Positions 33,265 to 42,754 of a stretch of 52,030 nt of DNA are shown piece after piece. The DNA comes from a virus. Numbering within the stretch: position 1 is the first letter of the stretch; the number at the start of each line of letters is the position of its first letter. Position numbers and translations under genes: made by a program. The stretch covers positions 1 to 52,030 of IMG/VR virus record IMGVR_UViG_3300018063_000006; one strand, given 5' to 3'. The notes beneath the pieces were generated by a model. The model had not been told where the DNA came from. It did not search any database and saw nothing but the letters and a program-made list of their open reading frames with translations.

Positions 33265-33774
33265 CTAACCACGACGCACTCTCCGAATGTCCTCAATCAC
33301 CGCGCCAATGCGCTTCATCTCAGCGGCTGTGAAGAATTTGTTTTTGACAATATTACAAACTCGACAACACGGAACGCAATTGTTCGCGAAGTAGCCTGCA
33401 TTGTTGTCAAGGCGATCAAGTCCACCAGTCATGGGAAGCGGCCCAGCGCAGTAGTAGCAGACCCCATCACTCACCAATTCACGATACTGTTGCCGCGTGA
33501 GATTCCACAGAATGCCCCGACGGACGGCTCCGGCCTTAAGAGAAGCTTCCGGGGCCGTTCTCCAGCGCCGTCGATTCGCTTCCTTGATGCGATCAGGATG
33601 CGCCTTAGCCCAACGTTTCGCACTAGCCGCAGCGCTGGGTGCGCGGCACAAGCGACAAGAACGTCGCCAGCCCACGTTGCCACTGTTAAGAGGAAACGTT
33701 GCGAACGCCGCGAGCGGCTTCTCCTCGCCGCAGGCCGTGCAGACCTTCGTTTCGAGTGCGAGGACCGCGCCCAT
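33265..33774 (-). CDS. HNH-family homing endonuclease
   Basis: N-terminal CTACG zinc ribbon. KRW..HPD / RRW..APE repeats. C-terminal CYYC...GLDRLDNNAGYFANNCVPCCRVCNIVKN. Markedly lower GC. Confidence 0.7.
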   Translation of the reverse strand: MGAVLALETKVCTACGEEKPLAAFATFPLNSGNVGWRRSCRLCRAPSAAASAKRWAKAHPDRIKEANRRRWRTAPEASLKAGAVRRGILWNLTRQQYRELVSDGVCYYCAGPLPMTGGLDRLDNNAGYFANNCVPCCRVCNIVKNKFFTAAEMKRIGAVIEDIRRVRRG

Positions 33775-33786
33775 CGGCGGCCTTCG

Positions 33787-33996
33787 CTACCCTACACGAG
33801 AGTTGTGAGTCTCGCCGAAGCCGCCGCCACGCGGGAAGCGCCGGGCTTCGGCCATCTGCTGAAGCCGCGCGCCCGACAGGCGGGCCATGGCCGCGGCGAC
33901 GTCCTTGCGCTGCGCCTCGGGTACGTCCGCGAAGCGCAGCTCGCTGGTGCGAACGCGATAGGCGAGATCGAGGATCGCTTCGTCAGCCGCAGCCAT
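33787..33996 (-). CDS. Hypothetical protein (69 aa)
   Basis: ATG 33996 overlaps the upstream TGA by 1 nt. Confidence 0.4.
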   Translation of the reverse strand: MAAADEAILDLAYRVRTSELRFADVPEAQRKDVAAAMARLSGARLQQMAEARRFPRGGGFGETHNSRVG

Positions 33997-34880
33997 CAAT
34001 CGAGGCCGGAGCCGTCCTGGACGCCGACGGTGTCGTAGCAGCCGACGAGAGTAAAGCCAGTACCGACCATCGCAATGTTCGTAGTCGTGATAGCGTCAGT
34101 CGCGAAATAGCAGTCCTGGATACTGCCCTTCTGGTCGCTCGCAGCGCCGCCGTTGGCAGTCGTCAGATCGACATACACAGACTTGTTCTTGTCCTCGAAG
34201 GCGCAGCGATGAAGAAGGAGATTCTTGACGGAGTACGTCGAGCCTCCGGCTACGGAATCTTGCGTCACGATGTCCTTGCCGGCTGTGCCGTCGAGCGAGG
34301 ACACGAAGCGGCAATTGCGGAATGTACAGTCACTTGATCCGACGCCGTTCGTTGGCGGCTCGCCGGGCTGGAAGATAGCCCCAACGCCACTAGCACCGCG
34401 AAAGAGACAATCTTCGATCAGCCCCTCGCTAGCCGTCTTCTTGTTCGTCGTCGAATCGCCCTGAAGACGCAAGAGACCTTCGGTGGCCGCGAGCCCTGTA
34501 CCGCTATCAAAGACGCACCCAATGTACTTGAATCCGTTGGCGCGCTGGATTACTACATCAGAATCTTCACTCACGAAGCGGCAGTTCTTGGCGACGAAGC
34601 CCTGACCTGTCACAGTGAGCGCAACGCCAGTTGTCGGCGCGATGTCTGGCCGCCCGTACCCGCCAAGCTGCGCACCGATGATCGTGATGTAGTTCTTGCT
34701 GACAGTCAGAGCTTCGGCATAGGTCCCTGGCTGCACGAAGATGACATCACCTTCGGTCGCGTCGATTAACGCAGCCGCGATCGAGGCATACCCGACGTAG
34801 TTCTCGCTCGGGCCAACGAGCAGAGTGCGCCCGGCGGCCCCGCCAACCCGAAGGGGAAGGTCGCTGATCTTCGTGCTCAT
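33996..34880 (-). CDS. Right-handed parallel beta-helix (pectate-lyase-fold) repeat protein
   Basis: Repeated ..NC.F....G... rungs (AKNCRFVS, IGCVFDS, EDCLFRG, FRNCRFVS, LHRCAFED, QDCYFAT). Confidence 0.6.
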   Translation of the reverse strand: MSTKISDLPLRVGGAAGRTLLVGPSENYVGYASIAAALIDATEGDVIFVQPGTYAEALTVSKNYITIIGAQLGGYGRPDIAPTTGVALTVTGQGFVAKNCRFVSEDSDVVIQRANGFKYIGCVFDSGTGLAATEGLLRLQGDSTTNKKTASEGLIEDCLFRGASGVGAIFQPGEPPTNGVGSSDCTFRNCRFVSSLDGTAGKDIVTQDSVAGGSTYSVKNLLLHRCAFEDKNKSVYVDLTTANGGAASDQKGSIQDCYFATDAITTTNIAMVGTGFTLVGCYDTVGVQDGSGLD

Positions 34881-34901
34881 GGATGCGCTCCTGCGCGCGG
34901 C

Positions 34902-35813
34902 TTACGCCGCTGCCTTGCTGCCGTCGATCCCGCGGTCGCTGCCGAAGCCGACGTCGTACGCCATGAACGCGGTGAAGATCGCGTTCTTCGTCCACGGATC
35001 GTCGAAGCCGTCGAACATCGGACGATCGCGCCACTTCATGTTGATGTCGTGGACGCCCTTCGCCGCGGTCACGAACCAAGCCGACTTGGTCGTGAAGTAG
35101 TGGCAAATCTGGTAGCTCAGGTCATCCGCGACCAGTGCGTTGATCTCGTTGTCGGGAGTGAACGGCTTGCCGCCAGAGCCGAGAATCTCGCGGGCGAGGA
35201 AGCGGTTGGCCGTGCTCAGGAGAATCTTGCTCGGCGAGAGGAGCATCGGCAGGCCGCGGTCGTTGACCTGATCCTCGAACCGGATGATCGCGTTCTGAAG
35301 CGCGGTCACGCCGAAGCCGATGTCGACCGCGGGGCGGTTAGCGCGGCTGACGCCGCCCGGCGCGTACGCCGGATGCGCGGTGTTGACCAGCGACACGCCG
35401 TCGAAACCAGGGAAGGCGTTGTCAAAGGAGTTCATCAGGATCGACCAGAAGTCGACTTCCTGCTTGTTGCGCATCGCGCGGGCCAGCTCAGCAACGAGGT
35501 CTCGCATGACGCCGTACTTCTCGTCGCGCCAGAGTCGATACGTGATCTCAATGGCGAGGCCCTTGTTCGTCACCTCGTAGGACTTCGTGCCACCGAGCAC
35601 CGCCTCATCGAGCGGGAATGTATCGCCCTCGCCCATCACGAGCGCGGTGCCGAGCCCGCTCACCTGCTGGTACTTCTCTGGGTTCGTCTCCATGTCGGAA
35701 ACGTTGGCGAAGAAGGGATACTCGAGCGGGCGCTCCTTGTAGGTGCCAAGGTAGACGCCAGCCAGCTCCGTGCGGAGCAGGGCATTGAAGCCGCCGCGAA
35801 CCATGATTGCCAT
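34902..35813 (-). CDS. Major capsid protein (HK97-fold type, 303 aa)
   Basis: Strong AAGGAG SD. Size and position after the scaffold/decoration genes. Composition typical of a major head protein. Confidence 0.7.
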   Translation of the reverse strand: MAIMVRGGFNALLRTELAGVYLGTYKERPLEYPFFANVSDMETNPEKYQQVSGLGTALVMGEGDTFPLDEAVLGGTKSYEVTNKGLAIEITYRLWRDEKYGVMRDLVAELARAMRNKQEVDFWSILMNSFDNAFPGFDGVSLVNTAHPAYAPGGVSRANRPAVDIGFGVTALQNAIIRFEDQVNDRGLPMLLSPSKILLSTANRFLAREILGSGGKPFTPDNEINALVADDLSYQICHYFTTKSAWFVTAAKGVHDINMKWRDRPMFDGFDDPWTKNAIFTAFMAYDVGFGSDRGIDGSKAAA

Positions 35814-35839
35814 GAGAGTGCTCCTTGTCCTTCAGCCGG

Positions 35840-36382
35840 TTACGAGTAGATCGTGCCGGCCACGACGCCGTTGTCGGCGGCGTTCTGGCGCGTATCGAGG
35901 AAGACGAAGTAGACCTTGCCATTGACAGTCGCTACGGCGTCCTTCAGAGCGACGACGCGGCAGCCGGCACCGGCCACCGGATTCGTCGCGTGCGCGTCGT
36001 TCGCACCGAGATACCACGACTTGTTGGTCGCATCGCGGCGAAGCGCGCAGAGCTTGCCAACGTCGGCCGCGAGCAGCGCGTAGAGATCGTCGGCCACGTT
36101 GCCGAATACGGCCTCGAACACGAGCCCCGGTAGTGCTGGAGCGACTACGACTGGATCGCTTGTGGTCCCGCTCGAATCTTCCGTCGCAATGCCGACGATC
36201 TGCTCGGTGTCACCGACCGGATCGGTGATCTCCGCGACCTTGCCAGCGTTGAAGAACAGTGGGGCGCCGGTCTTGAACGTCTCTGTCGCATCTTCGACGT
36301 ACGTCTGAAGCGCGTGCGAGCCGACGGAAAGATGCTGCTTGCCGGCGACGCGGATCGAATTGAACGCCTTGACGGTTGCCAT
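35840..36382 (-). CDS. Head decoration / minor capsid protein candidate (180 aa)
   Basis: Beta-rich protein immediately upstream of the capsid gene. Confidence 0.4.
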   Translation of the reverse strand: MATVKAFNSIRVAGKQHLSVGSHALQTYVEDATETFKTGAPLFFNAGKVAEITDPVGDTEQIVGIATEDSSGTTSDPVVVAPALPGLVFEAVFGNVADDLYALLAADVGKLCALRRDATNKSWYLGANDAHATNPVAGAGCRVVALKDAVATVNGKVYFVFLDTRQNAADNGVVAGTIYS

Positions 36383-36397
36383 GGATGATGACTCCTA

Positions 36398-37150
36398 TTA
36401 CGCGCCCGGGGGCATCCCAGGCACCGTGCCTTCGCGCAGTGCGCGGTCGAACTTGCGATTCGCCAGCTCAGACGCCAAGACGCGCTGTCCCGGCCGAGCC
36501 TGGCGCATGGTGCTGACCATCGTCGCGCGGGCGGCTTCGGCCGCAGCGCGCTGCGCAACGGCGAGCTGCTGAGCCCGCGGGTTGTTGGACTCGAGATCGT
36601 GCATCGGGATGCCGGCGCGCTCGGCGGCTTCCAGCACCGCGAGTCCGACGCCTTCCTTGCGAGCAATGCGGCGCCGGCGGTCAGCGGCATCGAGCGCGGC
36701 GTACCGCTCCTTGCTGACGTACAGCAGGATCGTGTCGCCCCAGCGGCGGGTGCCGTCCACGGAGCGACGCTCTCGCGCTTCGGGCATGTCACCTTCGACG
36801 ACTCGCCAGCCAAGCGCCTTCGCCTGCGTCACCCACATGTCGCTGCGAAAGTTCTCCCAGATGTAGGCGTAGGCGGGGTTCGCGTTGGTCACTTCGGAAC
36901 CGTCGAAGCCGTTACCACTGTAGCAGGCGATCTCATTCTCGATCTTGAGCTTGCTGGGGTCGACGGTGCCGATCTCAGCGGCGCCCGCAAGCGCTTCGCC
37001 CGCGGCGTGCAGCGCGTCCGCGCGGCGCCGAAGCTCCTCGCGACGCGCGTCGCCAGGCGGAGGCAGCGTGGTCACGTCGGCGGCCGTCGAAGCGGCCTGC
37101 TCGGCGCTCAGTACAACCGGGTCCTTGGCGATCTCAGCGTCGGTCGGCAT
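36398..37150 (-). CDS. Head-assembly-associated hypothetical protein (250 aa)
   Basis: ORF-track entry lying between the scaffold-like and decoration-like genes. Confidence 0.45.
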   Translation of the reverse strand: MPTDAEIAKDPVVLSAEQAASTAADVTTLPPPGDARREELRRRADALHAAGEALAGAAEIGTVDPSKLKIENEIACYSGNGFDGSEVTNANPAYAYIWENFRSDMWVTQAKALGWRVVEGDMPEARERRSVDGTRRWGDTILLYVSKERYAALDAADRRRRIARKEGVGLAVLEAAERAGIPMHDLESNNPRAQQLAVAQRAAAEAARATMVSTMRQARPGQRVLASELANRKFDRALREGTVPGMPPGA

Positions 37151-37180
37151 GAGTCTGCGATCCTTTCGTCTACGGGTCTA

Positions 37181-37195
37181 CGCTCGCAACAGGGG
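37181..37195 (-). promoter_or_regulatory. Late-arm 15-mer, copy 1 (top strand CGCTCGCAACAGGGG)
   Basis: Exact match to the copy at 47550-47564. Intergenic, 30 nt upstream of ATG 37150. Confidence 0.65.
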
Positions 37196-37201
37196 CGAAG
37201 C

Positions 37202-38068
37202 CTACTGAAGGCCCTTCGGCATGGCTTCGTCGCCGTTGCCGGTCAGCCCGCCACGAATGGCCGCAAGTTCCTTGTCGATAGCCCGGCCGCGCGTTACGTA
37301 GTCGTTCCAGTCCTTGTACTTCTGCGACGCGGGCTTGCCGCGGTTGATGCGACGAATGAAGTCGGCTTCGTCCATCTCGCCGAAGAACTCGGCCTTATCG
37401 CCGAGTACCTCGGCTACGGTTGGGATGGCGTCGTCGTCATCGGAGCCGCCCGAAGCGCCCCGCGCCGTCCTCGAGCCGGGTTGCGGAGCCGCAGCGGCAG
37501 TCGCTTCGTCTGCGCGCCGGCGAAGCTCGCCTTCGACGCGCTCGTTCGCCAGCTCGTCCGAATGCACGCCCTTGACGTTGTTGAAGCACGCCTGCCAGGT
37601 GTCGGGATGGCCGCGCAGCGCCGGCTCGCACTGGCTCAAGAGCCCGCGGACTTCCTTCTCGTAGCGCACGAGCAGCTTCTTGTCGGCCTCGCTGAGCCCG
37701 GCGATGAAGGTGCGTTCCGCCAGGGAACCCAGCATCGTCGTGCCGTACTCGCGCACGGTGCCGATTTCGGCCGCAGCCTCGCGCTTCGCCGCAGCGACTC
37801 GGCGGTCGATCAGCTCCTTGATGTGCCCGGCGCCCTTGCCTTCGGCGACCGCGGCGTCGAGGCCCTCGTCGGTGATTTCGGCCGCCATCGGCGGCGCCTC
37901 GGGCTGATGCGACTGCACGATGACCGGGCGCTGAGCCAGGTCCCTGACGGACTCGGCGAGCGCCTTCAGCGTTGCGTCGAGCGCGCCGAACTCGGCCCGC
38001 GTAACGGGCGGATCGGCCACCGCCGGTGCGGGAGTCTCAGCAGGCTTGTCTTTCCCGAATAGGCTCAC
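37202..38068 (-). CDS. Scaffolding protein candidate (288 aa)
   Basis: Helical, Ala/Glu-rich. Lies between the portal and capsid genes. GTGA overlap. Confidence 0.5.
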   Translation of the reverse strand: MSLFGKDKPAETPAPAVADPPVTRAEFGALDATLKALAESVRDLAQRPVIVQSHQPEAPPMAAEITDEGLDAAVAEGKGAGHIKELIDRRVAAAKREAAAEIGTVREYGTTMLGSLAERTFIAGLSEADKKLLVRYEKEVRGLLSQCEPALRGHPDTWQACFNNVKGVHSDELANERVEGELRRRADEATAAAAPQPGSRTARGASGGSDDDDAIPTVAEVLGDKAEFFGEMDEADFIRRINRGKPASQKYKDWNDYVTRGRAIDKELAAIRGGLTGNGDEAMPKGLQ

Positions 38069-38280
38069 GAGGGGTTCTCCTTCTGGTCTTCGGCCTTCTT
38101 GACATCGTGACGTAGCGACCGCAGCTCTGCTACCCGACCGCGCTGATGCTCGACCGAATGCTTGTCGTCGACACGATCAAGGCTGTTCTCGGCGGCGATG
38201 CGCCCATCAAGGTACGCGGCGAAGCCGTCGCGAAGTGTAGAATCAGCAGCGAGGAGCTGCATAAACGAAGGTAGACTCAT
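38065..38280 (-). CDS. Hypothetical protein (71 aa)
   Basis: ATGA overlap with the portal stop. Confidence 0.45.
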   Translation of the reverse strand: MSLPSFMQLLAADSTLRDGFAAYLDGRIAAENSLDRVDDKHSVEHQRGRVAELRSLRHDVKKAEDQKENPS

Positions 38281-40166
38281 TCGCCGCCGCCACCGTTCGC
38301 AACAGGGGGCGTTTCGCCGCCTCCGCCGAGCGCGCCCATGATCGGGCCGAGCATGTTCTCGAGCTGCCCAGACGTCTCCGCGGCTTCCTCGGCGTCCATC
38401 TGTGCTTCGCCGATCTCTGCGTCGATGTCGACGATCATCCGCTCGGGGTTTCTCACCTGATCGAACGTCCGAAGGTACTGGTCCATCGTCACGTTGGTAG
38501 CTTCCAGAATCTTCCGCGCGACGCGATGCACCAGCGGGTCAATGCCAGGCTGCGTCAGCATCGCAATCGACTGCATGACTTGCTGGAAATACCCGCCCTG
38601 CGTCTGCATGCGCAGCATCGCGTCCTGACGATCGGCCTCGCGGTTCGTACTGGCGCTGACCGCGGTGAACTCGACGGCGACGGCGCGCTCGAAGTCGTCT
38701 TGACGAAACAGCTCGACGACGCGCGCGGCGCCAACCGAGCCAAGCAGTCGCGTGAAGTGCTCCTCGACTTGCGTGCCTGCCTTGCCACCCTGTCGTACGC
38801 GCTCAGCGTAGCGCCACAAGCACTGCCGCACCGCGGCTGCGGTATTCAGCCGAATGCCATCGAACGCCGGCGCGAAGCGTCGGTTCACCTGCTGCATCGC
38901 CGTCATTGCGGTGATGCCCGGCGTGCGCGTGCCGAGAAGCCGTGGCGACGTCGCGCCGCTAGAGAAGTCACCGCTGACGCCCACGCGGCGTTCGGCGGCT
39001 TGAATCACTTGATTCAGGCCCATGAGCGCGCTCGGGTAGACGTCGGTCAGGCGCAGCTCCTTGATGTCATCCGTCGACTCGACGCCGACGATTTTGTTCG
39101 GCCAGATGCGCGTGAAGTCGTCGACCGTGCCGTGGCGGGCCATGAACAGCCGACCGTTCACGAGCATCATGTTCAGCAGGTAATGGTTGAGAATCTTGCT
39201 CGCGGTCGACTGAAAGGGCGCGACCATCTCAAGCACACCAAGGCCCCAGAAGAGATGCGGCCGAATCTGATACCGCATCGTCTCAACAGGTCGGGTGTCG
39301 TAGCGGTTGTACCCGAGACCGAGGATCGCGTGACTGTTGCGGTCGAACGCCACCATGAGGTCGCGATCGATGCCATCGTTGAAGTAGTCGAAGTACGTCC
39401 AGACGATCTCGACTTCGTAGCGCTCACGCTGGCCGGTTGTGCTCGACGTGCGATGAAGCTGCTCGTAGTAGCTGCGCGTCTGGTCGATGTTGGCCGTCGG
39501 CTTGCAGAGCGTCAGGTCCCACTTCTGCGCACGTGCTTGTGCTTCCAGCTCGCCCTTCGTGTACCAGAAGCGTAGGCTCAACCACGGGTCCTGCTGATGG
39601 TCGCCGCGCGAGCCGCCGGGCACGAGCAAGTCCTGCGGCGCGATCGGGAAGAGGCGCGGCGAGCGGTACACGACCTTGTGAACGCTCGTGTTGCGCTCCT
39701 CTTCAACGAATGGACAGTAGAGCACGCCGGTGCCGAGCTGGATGTCGTCTTGCGCCGCGGTGTCGACCGCGAAGCGCAGCCCGATCTCGTTGTTCGCCAT
39801 CCAGGCAACGAGCTTCTGCATCGCCTTCGCGTGCTCGGTCCATTCGCTGTCCATCTCGCGGACGGTCAGCAGCGGGTTGCCGCTGAACAGCGTATCGACG
39901 CCTGTTGCGTACAACGAGTCGCTGATGATCGCGCCAAGAGGAAACTCGATGTTCGGCGCGTTCGGAATCGGCTGATTGACGACCGGCGTATCGGGAACGG
40001 CGGCGTACTGCCGCATGCCTTCCATCCAGGCCGAGTCCTGTGGGCGTCGCGCCGCGTAGCCATCTTCGATCTCGTGAACGAGGTGATCGAGAAGGCGGCC
40101 GTCGGCGTTCGCTGAGCGCTCCATCGGACGCTGCGTCTCGGGATGACGTTGAAGGTAACGTGCCAT
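38277..40166 (-). CDS. Portal protein (629 aa)
   Basis: Size, position upstream of scaffold and capsid, and an acidic/Gly-rich C-terminal tail. Confidence 0.65.
   Translation of the reverse strand: MARYLQRHPETQRPMERSANADGRLLDHLVHEIEDGYAARRPQDSAWMEGMRQYAAVPDTPVVNQPIPNAPNIEFPLGAIISDSLYATGVDTLFSGNPLLTVREMDSEWTEHAKAMQKLVAWMANNEIGLRFAVDTAAQDDIQLGTGVLYCPFVEEERNTSVHKVVYRSPRLFPIAPQDLLVPGGSRGDHQQDPWLSLRFWYTKGELEAQARAQKWDLTLCKPTANIDQTRSYYEQLHRTSSTTGQRERYEVEIVWTYFDYFNDGIDRDLMVAFDRNSHAILGLGYNRYDTRPVETMRYQIRPHLFWGLGVLEMVAPFQSTASKILNHYLLNMMLVNGRLFMARHGTVDDFTRIWPNKIVGVESTDDIKELRLTDVYPSALMGLNQVIQAAERRVGVSGDFSSGATSPRLLGTRTPGITAMTAMQQVNRRFAPAFDGIRLNTAAAVRQCLWRYAERVRQGGKAGTQVEEHFTRLLGSVGAARVVELFRQDDFERAVAVEFTAVSASTNREADRQDAMLRMQTQGGYFQQVMQSIAMLTQPGIDPLVHRVARKILEATNVTMDQYLRTFDQVRNPERMIVDIDAEIGEAQMDAEEAAETSGQLENMLGPIMGALGGGGETPPVANGGGGE
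38294..38308 (-). promoter_or_regulatory. Late-arm 15-mer, copy 3 (top strand CGTTCGCAACAGGGG)
   Basis: One mismatch. Lies in the last codons of the portal gene, 13 nt upstream of ATG 38280. Confidence 0.55.
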
Positions 40167-40168
40167 AA

Positions 40169-40963
40169 TCAATCCGCGACGAAGCCGACGATGCAATATG
40201 CGACGATGGTCGTCGATGTACCTGCCGTGCGATGAAAGCGCCACGAGACGAAGTCGCCCGCGACCACCGCGACTTCAGTCGTCCCATCATCGACCAGCGC
40301 GCCGCCGGTAGACGTCGGCAGTGCCAGCACGATCGCTGACGCGATGCCGTTTATCATGAGCGTCGCCGTGTACGCGTTGTCAGAACCCGTGCTGTAGCGA
40401 CAGCGTGCGAACTTGAACCGACCAGGGACCGATACAACCGCCCGGGCCAGTGCGTCAGTAGTAGCTCCTACCGTGCCCCGCGAGTCGATGCCGCGGAACT
40501 CATCAGTGGCGCCGACGGCGAAGTTCGAGGCGCTGTCCCCAGAGGCGAAGAACACCAACCCGGGGATGTCCGTGTGCTGATAGACGATCCCGATGTGCGC
40601 ATCGACCGCCGAAGGCGAACCGCTCGGGATCAGCCGGCCAAAGTGAATGCCGCTGCCATTGTTGAGCACGGACGTCGTAACGGGGATCGAGACGTCGAGC
40701 GCTCCCTTCTCGGATACCTCGGCGTCTGACAGCACGATCGAGTTGGCTCCCGGCGTGCCGCCCTGGTCGATCCGCAGCGTGACCGACTTGCCAGCGCCAG
40801 GCGCCGTCGGCACATGGATCGTCGCGTCCGAAATCTCGAGCGCCTTCGGGGTGTAGAACGCCGCTTCGCCCGCGCTGGCACCGCCAAACTGGTCAGTGCC
40901 TCCGCCGAAGATGGCGAAATACTGGTTGGCAAGGACGATGTTCTTGCGATGAGAGCGGATCAT
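40169..40963 (-). CDS. Beta-sandwich repeat protein (264 aa)
   Basis: ATGA overlap at 40963. Two roughly 100-aa modules resemble 40960..41433. Confidence 0.5.
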   Translation of the reverse strand: MIRSHRKNIVLANQYFAIFGGGTDQFGGASAGEAAFYTPKALEISDATIHVPTAPGAGKSVTLRIDQGGTPGANSIVLSDAEVSEKGALDVSIPVTTSVLNNGSGIHFGRLIPSGSPSAVDAHIGIVYQHTDIPGLVFFASGDSASNFAVGATDEFRGIDSRGTVGATTDALARAVVSVPGRFKFARCRYSTGSDNAYTATLMINGIASAIVLALPTSTGGALVDDGTTEVAVVAGDFVSWRFHRTAGTSTTIVAYCIVGFVAD

Positions 40964-41433
40964 GCTTCTGGCGCAATCAGGTAAGCGATGCTGATGGAAC
41001 GAATCTGCGGCAGGCCGCCAACGATGGACACCAGCTCGATGCACAGGAGGTCGTCTTCCGCGATTATCAACGCACCGACGGCTCCCTTCGTCTGATCGCC
41101 CGCCGCGAAGGGCACAGAGATGAGCGCACTCGGCGTGCCGTTCACGTTGAACTGATAAGTGCCCGAGACGCCGCCGCCGAGCACGCCCGCGTGGTGAAGC
41201 CACAGCGCCGTCAGCGTGAGGTCGCGCGGCGATTGCCACTGCGCGGCCGCGACTGTTGAATACGCAGTACCCGGCAATGGAGACGTGACGGGCAGGAACT
41301 TGAGCGTCGCCGAGACGCTCATGTCGGACGTCGCCGTGTTCGTCCGCAGTATCCACATGTCGCCGACGAAGCCCGGCAGCGAACGCTGCCAGCCGAGGCC
41401 CACTGTCGTACGGACTTGCGCTACTCGAGGCAT
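40960..41433 (-). CDS. Beta-sandwich protein (157 aa)
   Basis: High GC3. The upstream part of the 443-aa ORF 40169..41500 is a shadow frame. Confidence 0.5.
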   Translation of the reverse strand: MPRVAQVRTTVGLGWQRSLPGFVGDMWILRTNTATSDMSVSATLKFLPVTSPLPGTAYSTVAAAQWQSPRDLTLTALWLHHAGVLGGGVSGTYQFNVNGTPSALISVPFAAGDQTKGAVGALIIAEDDLLCIELVSIVGGLPQIRSISIAYLIAPEA

Positions 41434-41439
41434 CGGTCA

Positions 41440-41574
41440 TCAGCCCAAGAACATCCCCTCGGACAGCTCGCGCGAGATGATGTCCAGGCACGGCTGGCAC
41501 AGCGGCAAGAAGCCTTTAGCGTCGGTCGGCTCCTTGCACCGAGCGCACGGGCGCGAAGGCGGCGTCTCGTCCAT
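41440..41574 (-). CDS. Zinc-ribbon mini-protein (44 aa)
   Basis: Hand-translated as MDETPPSRPCARCKEP...CQPC. GGTGGA SD. Confidence 0.4.
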   Translation of the reverse strand: MDETPPSRPCARCKEPTDAKGFLPLCQPCLDIISRELSEGMFLG

Positions 41575-41594
41575 CTATCCACCAGTGCGAATCA

Positions 41595-41930
41595 TTAGGA
41601 GCCCAGCACGACCCCGCGGACCTTCGCCGTCGACCCGCTGGCGTTGTTGACTGTCGGCGGATTGGTCGCAGGGGTGCCGCCCACGATGATGATGAAACCG
41701 CCGGCATCGAGCGCGATGGTGCCCGTCGTCACCGTCACGGCCTTGTCTGCCTGGACGATGATGACCTTCGGCGTTGCGATGTGCGACGACGGGATCGCCT
41801 CGGTCGTCCCTGTAGCCTGCTCCTTCTCGAAGCCCGCGATCTCGGCGAACTCACGGCGAATTGAGAGCGGCAGGTCGGGGACGAGGGAGTCGGGCAAATC
41901 AGTCTCCACATTCAGGCGAACGATCGGCAT
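41595..41930 (-). CDS. Hypothetical beta-rich protein (111 aa)
   Basis: ORF-track entry. Confidence 0.5.
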   Translation of the reverse strand: MPIVRLNVETDLPDSLVPDLPLSIRREFAEIAGFEKEQATGTTEAIPSSHIATPKVIIVQADKAVTVTTGTIALDAGGFIIIVGGTPATNPPTVNNASGSTAKVRGVVLGS

Positions 41931-41934
41931 GGCC

Positions 41935-42183
41935 TCACTTCGCCGAAACGATGCCTGTGATCGGCTCTTTGGTGAGCAGACGCACGACCACGTTCAGGAT
42001 CGCGAGCGCTGGCACGCCGTACTGCGGAGGCACGACACCCGCGAGCTGCGTCGCGAGTCCGACCACGTTGAGCCAGAAGGTTTTGCTTGTGAGTAGTGAC
42101 TTTCCCATTGCCTTCTCCTTCTCGGCATCTGCCCACACGTCAAGTGCCGCGCGGCCGAGTTTGATTTTCTCCCACAGTGTCAT
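41935..42183 (-). CDS. Holin-like protein with two hydrophobic helices (82 aa)
   Basis: TGATG overlap with the endolysin stop. Helices TFWLNVVGLATQLAGVV and VPALAILNVVVRLL. Confidence 0.5.
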   Translation of the reverse strand: MTLWEKIKLGRAALDVWADAEKEKAMGKSLLTSKTFWLNVVGLATQLAGVVPPQYGVPALAILNVVVRLLTKEPITGIVSAK

Positions 42184-42602
42184 CACGCCGCCCCTTCCGC
42201 TCGCAACAGCGAAGCGATCGTCTGCGCGCGGTCGCCAACCTGTGTAGCCCATTTCGAGTGGATGGCTTCTGAAGCCGCTGTCTCGAAATCCCGTGCATTG
42301 ATGGCTGCGATCATCTTGACGAACTTGCGCAGGCGCGGCGGCCCAAGATTGAATGCCATGTCGATGAGCGCATGCTGGCGGCCCTCGCTGAGCGTGTCGA
42401 AGCCGGGAAAGATGTGCTGACAGGTCGCGCGGGCTTCGTTGATGTCCTCGTCGAGCATGAGCGCGACGACGGCATCACTGAGCGGCTTGGCCTCGAGATT
42501 GCGCCCGACGCCGATCGTCCAGTGGCCTTCGGTGTCCTGGTACGGTTTACGCTTGTCGCCTTCGTGCTTCACGAGTTGGATTTTCAGGCGAGTGCGATGC
42601 AT
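42183..42602 (-). CDS. Endolysin, T4-lysozyme-like (GH24)
   Basis: HEGDKRKPYQDTEGHWTIGVG gives the E-x8-D-x5-T catalytic triad. Confidence 0.8.
   Translation of the reverse strand: MHRTRLKIQLVKHEGDKRKPYQDTEGHWTIGVGRNLEAKPLSDAVVALMLDEDINEARATCQHIFPGFDTLSEGRQHALIDMAFNLGPPRLRKFVKMIAAINARDFETAASEAIHSKWATQVGDRAQTIASLLRAEGAA
42198..42211 (-). promoter_or_regulatory. Late-arm 15-mer, partial copy 4 (top strand CGCTCGCAACAGCG)
   Basis: First 12 nt are identical to the consensus. About 14 nt upstream of ATG 42183. Confidence 0.45.
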
Positions 42603-42604
42603 GA

Positions 42605-42754
42605 CTAGCACTCCACTCGCCATTCGCAGTCGTTCGTATCCAAACTGAAATGCCAGCGGTCGTTGCACGGAAGCGTCAACGTCACCGACAACGCCGCAGC
42701 GATCGGCACGACGAGAAGCCCGAGCAGACCGCCGATGACAATGGCTAGGCGCAT
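42605..42754 (-). CDS. Single-pass membrane mini-protein with Cys-rich tail (49 aa)
   Basis: Hand-translated as MRLAIVIGGLLGLLVVPIAAAL...C..C..C. Ends 2 nt before the endolysin ATG. Confidence 0.4.
   Translation of the reverse strand: MRLAIVIGGLLGLLVVPIAAALSVTLTLPCNDRWHFSLDTNDCEWRVEC

Noticed and set aside
37160-37201. The late 15-mer as a sigma-54 promoter (TGGCAC-N5-TTGC)
   Set aside because: The TTGC is present, but the GG element is 13 nt away rather than 10, and it is absent from the other copies.
36599-38062. Long antisense ORFs opposite real genes (for example 36599..38062+, 49048..50430+, 44311..45489+, 38526..39575+, 35049..35849+, 26929..27768+, 13424..14449-, 15756..16637-, 17054..17587-)
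   Set aside because: These are typical high-GC shadow ORFs. They are Arg/Ala/Gly/Pro-rich, have no motifs, and lie opposite genes with clear domain motifs and high GC3.
40169-41500. Single 443-aa ORF
   Set aside because: The N-terminal 180 aa are an Arg-rich shadow frame. The region is better explained by 40960..41433 in another frame plus 40169..40963, joined by an ATGA overlap.
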